Source of the DNA: a virus
Reading direction: 5' to 3' (one strand)
Length of the DNA: 64,000 nucleotides
Virus record (IMG/VR): IMGVR_UViG_3300042887_003609
Location: 1-64,000 of that record
The stretch's first letter is position 1; the number at the start of each line of letters is the position of its first letter. Positions 59,101 through 64,000 of the stretch are shown piece by piece. Position numbers and translations under genes: made by a program. Under the pieces are notes generated by a model. It searched no databases. It was not told the DNA's origin and worked only from the letters and a program-made list of their open reading frames with translations.

Positions 59101-60898
59101 AAGTTACGTTCCTGTATCCACCACTAATTGTTCCACCGTATTGATCATTACAATTTTGATAACCTCCTGCTATAGTAGCATAAAATCCTGAATTTGTATT
59201 ACCTATTCCACCACCTATTACTAAACCATTTGCTCCAGAACCTATTAAATTATTTAAACCACCTCCAATAAAACTTTGACAAGCACAAACTCTATTAAAG
59301 TTACCACCTGCAACTGTTGAATAACTTCCAACGGCAGAGTTGCCTGTTCCACCTGATACGGTAGAAATAAAACCTGAAGAAATATTACCAATTCCACCAC
59401 CTACAACAGAAGCATATCCTGATGTTAAGTTTCCACAACCACCTACTACACTTGAATAGACACTTGTAGCACAGTTACCAAAACCACCACCTATTAATGC
59501 CCATGAAGCCGTATTACATACACGGTTAGATTGACCACCTCCTAAAATTGAGTAAGCACCACTATTTGTATTGCTTGCTCCCGATATAATTCCACTTGCA
59601 AGACCAATAACGCAGTTAGTTGCTCCCGCCCCTATAAATCCATAAGAACCACTTGCCGTATTAAACTTTCCACTAACTACACTATCTCCTATTCCACAAG
59701 CCCTATTTGTACATCCACCTCCAACAAATGTATGTGATGCAACGGAACAGTTAGATTGACCACCTACTACGGATGACCAAGAGTTTGTTGCTTGGTTAGA
59801 TTGACCACCACCTATAGTTGAAGTAGTTCCACTTGCAGTATTACTACAACCACCACCTACTGTTGAAAGACATCCACTTGCATTATTTAGAATCCCTCCT
59901 GCAATAGTTGAAGTATTACCACTTGCAGTGTTTGAGTCACCTCCTCCAATAAATGAATTACTTGCGGTTAAAGCAATTGTATTACATCTTCCTCCTACAA
60001 TACTTTGATAGTTTCCACTTATGGTTTGATTTCTACCACCTCCAATAAATCCTACATTACCCAACGCTCTGTTACAAAATCCGTGCGTAATAACATTACA
60101 ACCTCCACCGCTTATACAGTTCTGTTGTCCGCTTACTATAGATGATAAATATCCGCAATTTATATTTCCAATACCCGAAAGAATACCTGAATATGTAGTG
60201 GTTGATAGGTTATTTACACCTCCACCAATAAAACTCGCATAACCGCTTGCTGTATTGCCACAACCACCAACGATTGCAGAATAAACTCCCGTTGCACAGT
60301 TGTTTTGTCCACCAAGTGAAGCGGAGTAATTACCCAATGCCGTGTTACCAACAGCACATCTTAAAGATGAACATGCCCCTGTACCAAGAACAATTACTTC
60401 TTGTGCAAGACTAGATGCAGATCTTGATTTAATCAAACCTGTAGCTGGATCACGTACAAGTACATCATCTACTGATGTATCTACAACCGGAGTACTAAAA
60501 ATATTTAAATTATTTACATAACTTGTACAAGCTGTATTAGCAGTGATATCACTACCCATGATAAATGTATCATCTAAACCATTTGTACTATTATTTCTTC
60601 CGCCTAAAATAGCAGAATAATCACCTGACGCAACTTGAGATGCAAGTGTTCTTGACATTTGTAAATCAACTGCATATTGTCCTCTGGCATCTCCGCCTAC
60701 TGCTGTAGCATCAGGACAAGCTGCAATAATTGCACCTGTTCCTAATGTTAAAAGAACCAGATTCATATCTGTGTACGTAGTAGAACTAACCGCTAAAAAT
60801 GCTGATGGTTGAATAGTATCACATGTACCATCAACAAAATTAACTAGACCTCCGCCACCACTACCACCTAATGAGAAAAACTTGCCGAATGTTGCCAT
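56108..60898 (-). CDS. Tail fibre/adhesin-like protein B with Gly/Cys-rich repeats of about 15 aa
   Basis: Long repeat array as in fibre A; N-terminal GGDARGQYAVDLQ; C-terminal PTSSAGLSSGEVWSDGGTLKIV. Confidence 0.8.
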   Translation of the reverse strand: MATFGKFFSLGGSGGGGLVNFVDGTCDTIQPSAFLAVSSTTYTDMNLVLLTLGTGAIIAACPDATAVGGDARGQYAVDLQMSRTLASQVASGDYSAILGGRNNSTNGLDDTFIMGSDITANTACTSYVNNLNIFSTPVVDTSVDDVLVRDPATGLIKSRSASSLAQEVIVLGTGACSSLRCAVGNTALGNYSASLGGQNNCATGVYSAIVGGCGNTASGYASFIGGGVNNLSTTTYSGILSGIGNINCGYLSSIVSGQQNCISGGGCNVITHGFCNRALGNVGFIGGGRNQTISGNYQSIVGGRCNTIALTASNSFIGGGDSNTASGNTSTIAGGILNNASGCLSTVGGGCSNTASGTTSTIGGGQSNQATNSWSSVVGGQSNCSVASHTFVGGGCTNRACGIGDSVVSGKFNTASGSYGFIGAGATNCVIGLASGIISGASNTNSGAYSILGGGQSNRVCNTASWALIGGGFGNCATSVYSSVVGGCGNLTSGYASVVGGGIGNISSGFISTVSGGTGNSAVGSYSTVAGGNFNRVCACQSFIGGGLNNLIGSGANGLVIGGGIGNTNSGFYATIAGGYQNCNDQYGGTISGGYRNVTCIGRYTTIGGGQFNTASNYFSMIGAGRYNLSCNQYSSILGGLCNRAGGNYSAVGGGTLNIASGCESTIGGGCSNTASGPLRSTVGGGVLNLASGISSTVAGGQQNCATDYAVVAGGILNSASGSASVVGGGSSNVASGTQAFMGGGCSNCSFGYRAVIGGGFNNCVRDISQYGVIVGGEGNRIGARYYSAVVGGQNNVNAGAYSFMGSGSGNYTSDSTCYAVIGGGCGNGAFGVGATVGGGFGNQAANSWSSVVGGAFNCATNVYSSVVGGCGNKALGYGSFVGGGVNNCACNCFSNIAGGLNNLICSQGVCSFIGGGSNNIANFFGNFIGAGTGNIACGNRAVVIGGCGNISSGQDSMVGGTGNSSTNNGSVAFGTTVIASGFSSVAFGNGNQSTGNSSNVVGGTSNCATANFSSVLGGSLNRAESECSVVVGGRLNRSCAIAALVGAGTCNCAIGDNSSVVGGAFNCATSIYSSVVGGCGNKATGYGSFVGGGVGNTSSANSSSVLGGDGNNVSGIGSAIVTGYANSVSGGNNFIGTGFANTISSPVYRSGIGAGFINSISASGAYSFIGSGNGNSITAINSFIGGGYLNRAIATTSFIGGGENNIAAGSYSAVTAGQNNCATGGWSFVGGGCRNVVSGNCSSLVGGSCNTVSGYRGFIGGGGNNTVSGGDNFVGGGNSNIASGILRAFVGGGYGNVASNYSTTVSGGYSNCATRNDATVGGGSRNTASGYSSSIIGGVRNIACACASIVGGGELNRALGNYSAVAGGFSNCAVGVESFIGGGRNNCLVGQGALIVGGYQNYVCGAGNIIVGGGCNGINGFAQESSIGSGFLNIIGGNKNQSFMGGGRQNTIDGTRAFLGGGILNQVTADCGTLGGGCGNVVSFPYGSLLGGFSNTVNGCSGFVGGGACNTAQGAYGVVVGGCVNTASALYSVVLGGVGNTAAANFSSVVGCGINANVECAFHVNKLVITNIPTSSAGLSSGEVWSDGGTLKIVT

Positions 60899-60900
60899 AA

Positions 60901-61209
60901 TTATTTACTTACTATATATGTTAAAGTACCAGTTCCTGAAACCGCAATTTGCTCTGCTTTATTTACATCTAATGTTACACCAGTTTTATCTGGTAAAGTT
61001 ATAGATGCCGTGTTATTCACACTAAAATAAACATCTCCACCTGTTGTGTTAATTAAAGTAACACAGATTGATTTTTCAGCATTAAGTGGAATCAATGCTC
61101 CTGTTAAAGTTACATTTCTAGAGATATCTGAACCTCTACGTAAAAACTCTTGCAATCTTTGAAAAAGACTTTGCAAGAAAATATCTGTTGATGATCTACC
61201 GGTAGGCAT
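60901..61209 (-). CDS. Small beta-rich structural protein
   Basis: 102-aa ORF in structural operon. Confidence 0.6.
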   Translation of the reverse strand: MPTGRSSTDIFLQSLFQRLQEFLRRGSDISRNVTLTGALIPLNAEKSICVTLINTTGGDVYFSVNNTASITLPDKTGVTLDVNKAEQIAVSGTGTLTYIVSK

Positions 61210-61221
61210 AATTATATTTTA

Positions 61222-61665
61222 TTAAATTGTTGGAAGACATGGGGGACCTAATGTAGGAACTAAACCGGATTCAGGATTACTATAAGGTCCAAAACCGTTA
61301 CTTAAACAAAAAGGACCTTCTGAATCACCATTAGGTATTGTAATTGTAATTGGGTTATCCGGATCTCCACATAAATTATATGTAAGAGTTTGATTCACTC
61401 CTGATGGATTATTAAAAGAATATTCTTGACAATCGTCAAAAGGTGCATTAGTTACTAAATCAAATGTACTAAACACACCATCTCCACAATCTGAATATAC
61501 TCTTACATCATATTCAGTACCTGTCATAGTTGCAGGAATTAAAAATGGTGGAGGACCTGGAAGTGTTGTTGCAATCCAAGTACTATCAACCGATCTTTTA
61601 TACTCTACAAGATATTGTGTAGGAGCAGGAGTTGGTTCTGTAAAATTTATATATAGGTTTCCCAT
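61222..61665 (-). CDS. FN3-like, Cys-containing structural protein
   Basis: YLVEYK...W...GTEYDVRVYSDC. Confidence 0.7.
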   Translation of the reverse strand: MGNLYINFTEPTPAPTQYLVEYKRSVDSTWIATTLPGPPPFLIPATMTGTEYDVRVYSDCGDGVFSTFDLVTNAPFDDCQEYSFNNPSGVNQTLTYNLCGDPDNPITITIPNGDSEGPFCLSNGFGPYSNPESGLVPTLGPPCLPTI

Positions 61666-61667
61666 AA

Positions 61668-62195
61668 TTAGCTAGTTAAAGTTTTAAAATTTAAAGTTAT
61701 AGATGTGCAGCAATCAGCTTCAGCATCTGTTCCAGTTATCATTCTTATATAATACTCAGTATTTGGTATAAGATTTATTAATGACCATTGAGTTGCTGCT
61801 GTAACAGTAACTATTGTACTTGTTCCAAATGTTGGACTTGTTGAGTATTCAATCTTAACAGAAGTAATTTCTGCGGGAGCCCCAGGTATAGTCCAAAATA
61901 CGGTAGCGGCAGTACTAGTAATACCTTGTACTTCAAAGTCATAAATTGCTTGGCATTCTGCAGTTATATCAAAACAAGTTGGATTTGTTAAATAAGAAAC
62001 AATTTTCTTAATTACAATATCCATTCTATCATTGTTATTGATAGGAATATCAACAATATTATTACCGTTATAACTGACACACTCTGTGTAGACGAGTTCT
62101 TCACAAGGTTCAGTATTATTACAAACTGTAGTAACCGGTGAAGTTAACGTGGTGTCAGTGCACCCGCATGGGTTATTATTACAATTACAACTCAT
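61668..62195 (-). CDS. Cys-rich protein with C-terminal FN3 domain
   Basis: MSCNCNNNPCGC; ITSTAATVFW...NLIPNTEYYIRM. Confidence 0.75.
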   Translation of the reverse strand: MSCNCNNNPCGCTDTTLTSPVTTVCNNTEPCEELVYTECVSYNGNNIVDIPINNNDRMDIVIKKIVSYLTNPTCFDITAECQAIYDFEVQGITSTAATVFWTIPGAPAEITSVKIEYSTSPTFGTSTIVTVTAATQWSLINLIPNTEYYIRMITGTDAEADCCTSITLNFKTLTS

Positions 62196-62196
62196 T

Positions 62197-63723
62197 TTAA
62201 TTAATATTATATGCTATTAAATTAGTTACTGGTAAACAGGTTGTATTAACTACAACTACTGACTCAGATGTACACACTCTTACTACAGTTTCAACACCAG
62301 TTGATGGATTAACACTTATTATAGAAATTTCTACAGTATAAGTTCCAACATTAGAAACCGGGAATGAACCTGTTACAGGATTTGAAAGTGTACTAGCTAC
62401 AGCTGTTGTAGTAGAACCTACAATAGACAAACCAGCATCATACAATCTTACTCTATATTTAGTAGTAGCAGAAGCTATGTATAGGTTATTAAAGCTATAA
62501 CCAACAGTTCCAGAACTAGAAATATTATTCCAACTTGAAGTTAAAGACATAACAGGACAAGCTACAGTGTTAATTACATTAAATCTTACAGTATTTTGGC
62601 ACTGTAAACCGGTCATCATATTAGTAAAGCAATAAGCTACTTCAACTGAAAAGTCAGTAGCAAAGTCTAAACCAGAAGTACTTAAATCAATATCCTGAAA
62701 ACCACCTGCTACAATTACAGCAATATTGTTAAATGAAGTAGTAAAACTAGCTCCGTTACCATCTGTAATAGTAATAGTTGATCCTGGTAAAGGACATTGT
62801 GTAAAATCTGCAGGTAATACGGATCCTGTATTTGCTCTTACTGTAAGAGTATCTGTTTCAAACACACCATAAAATCCAAGTACAATATCAGCACAAGTAC
62901 TAGCACAACAGTCAGCTAATAAATTAACTTTATTACGCATATCACATACAGTAATCCATAAGTTCTTAATACTCTGTGCTAAGTTACTTACAGTTACATT
63001 CCATTCAGGATATGCGGTTGCCATTGTACCAGCAGTAGATAAAGCAGGTTCATTAGTTAAATCACAATAAGGTTGTAACCCAACAGCTAATTCTGCAGGA
63101 CTACCAGTTTGTGTTTCAAGATCACAAAGCTCTTGTTCTATTATAGCAACTATATTTACTAAAGTATCAGCACCATCTCCTAAACAAACATAAGTTGAAT
63201 TAATAGGAGCATATGTAGAACTTAAAGTAGATAAAGTATTATTGATAGTTGTAATTTGAGTACTGTGTGTTCCTACTGCAGATTCAAGTGTACTAATATC
63301 TGTTAATGCAGCACACAATGTAACACCAATTAATTCAGCATATTCTACTACACCTAATGTAGCTCCACCAGCTTCTGCTTGTAAACAAGATGCTACATCA
63401 GCAGTTAAGTTAATAGGACCAGGAATTACAATATCCTCTACAACGGTGTATAGATTACAAAGTCTATCAGTTAAATACTGAATAAGATCATTGTAGTCAG
63501 TCCATGTAACTGAACCACTACCTAAACATTCTGTATTTACGGTAATCTCACTGGCTCTTCCATCAATGTTACAAACTAATTCTCCAAGTTTAAGAATTAC
63601 ATCTGTAACTGTATCAGATTTACATAAACCAATACATGGTATATCCGCTCCATGCCATATGACGCAATTACTTGAAAGTACTGAACAAGTGCTGCTTTTT
63701 GTGTTTGATCCTACTGGTAGCAT
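62197..63723 (-). CDS. Cys-rich structural protein with coiled coil; probable start ATG 63723
   Basis: SNCVIWHGADIPCIG, many Cys, Ig-like C-terminus. Confidence 0.7.
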   Translation of the reverse strand: MLPVGSNTKSSTCSVLSSNCVIWHGADIPCIGLCKSDTVTDVILKLGELVCNIDGRASEITVNTECLGSGSVTWTDYNDLIQYLTDRLCNLYTVVEDIVIPGPINLTADVASCLQAEAGGATLGVVEYAELIGVTLCAALTDISTLESAVGTHSTQITTINNTLSTLSSTYAPINSTYVCLGDGADTLVNIVAIIEQELCDLETQTGSPAELAVGLQPYCDLTNEPALSTAGTMATAYPEWNVTVSNLAQSIKNLWITVCDMRNKVNLLADCCASTCADIVLGFYGVFETDTLTVRANTGSVLPADFTQCPLPGSTITITDGNGASFTTSFNNIAVIVAGGFQDIDLSTSGLDFATDFSVEVAYCFTNMMTGLQCQNTVRFNVINTVACPVMSLTSSWNNISSSGTVGYSFNNLYIASATTKYRVRLYDAGLSIVGSTTTAVASTLSNPVTGSFPVSNVGTYTVEISIISVNPSTGVETVVRVCTSESVVVVNTTCLPVTNLIAYNIN

Positions 63724-63754
63724 ATTTATAGAAATATAGTGCACAGAGCTAACT

Positions 63755-63775
63755 GTACACTATAATATAATAAAA
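63755..63775 (-). promoter_or_regulatory. Putative late promoter
   Basis: TATATTATAGTGTAC identical to 9416-9430. Confidence 0.65.
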
Positions 63776-63794
63776 ATAATTCTGTTATGAAAGC

Positions 63795-63998
63795 TTATTT
63801 GTATTTCCAATAAATTCTATTGAAAATCTTTTCAATGAAAAGATTAAAGGATATTGAATAAGATATCCAACAAATAAAAAAATCAGGACCTAATCCTACA
63901 ATTGTAGTGTAACAAACTACACCAAAAAACATAAGTAAAAGATACATGGTTTTTAACATATGCCATGCATCTGTTAATCCAACAAATATAGTAGTGCT
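63795..63998 (-). CDS. Membrane protein, C-terminal part (truncated by window edge)
   Basis: Open frame STTIFVGLTDAWHMLK followed by two hydrophobic helices, TAA at 63795. Confidence 0.65.
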   Translation of the reverse strand, partial: STTIFVGLTDAWHMLKTMYLLLMFFGVVCYTTIVGLGPDFFICWISYSISFNLFIEKIFNRIYWKYK

Positions 63999-64000
63999 AT

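Noticed and set aside
48368-60898. Fibre repeats as a CRISPR array or DGR template/variable repeats
   Set aside because: Repeats are in-frame, degenerate and lack unique spacers; no reverse transcriptase in the window and differences are not adenine-specific
1-64000. Stop-codon reassignment as in some crAss-like phages
   Set aside because: Very long genes are intact under the standard code with dense packing; no suppressor tRNA seen
1-64000. tRNA or rRNA genes
   Set aside because: Intergenic gaps are short and AT-rich with no cloverleaf or T-arm motif

Overview
AT-rich (about 30% GC by eye) 64-kb segment of a large crAss-like Bacteroidota phage, standard genetic code. In order, it contains: (1) the end of a family B DNA polymerase, phoH and dcd; (2) a plus-strand glycosyltransferase/methyltransferase island; (3) a lysis cassette; (4) a block of giant virion-ejected cargo genes, including a 4683-aa virion RNA polymerase fusion and a polyvalent ART/peptidase/nuclease protein; (5) tail ring/muzzle genes; (6) two Gly/Cys-rich repeat fibre genes; and (7) Cys-rich FN3 structural genes. 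Four candidates for undescribed biology stand out. First, an apparently complete phage sulfation pathway (a 115-aa putative minimal ATP sulfurylase, APS kinase, sulfotransferase, glycosyltransferase and a DUF2061-like protein) lies between the two fibre genes. Second, several cargo proteins are strings of small domains separated by a repeated Phi-x-x-Gly-Gly motif, suggesting protease-processed polyproteins with swappable cassettes. Third, two promoter-to-terminator units share a U-rich motif and look like small RNAs. Fourth, two promoter classes are visible, with leaderless host-type promoters on the modification islands. Family assignments come from motif recognition by eye, not database searches.
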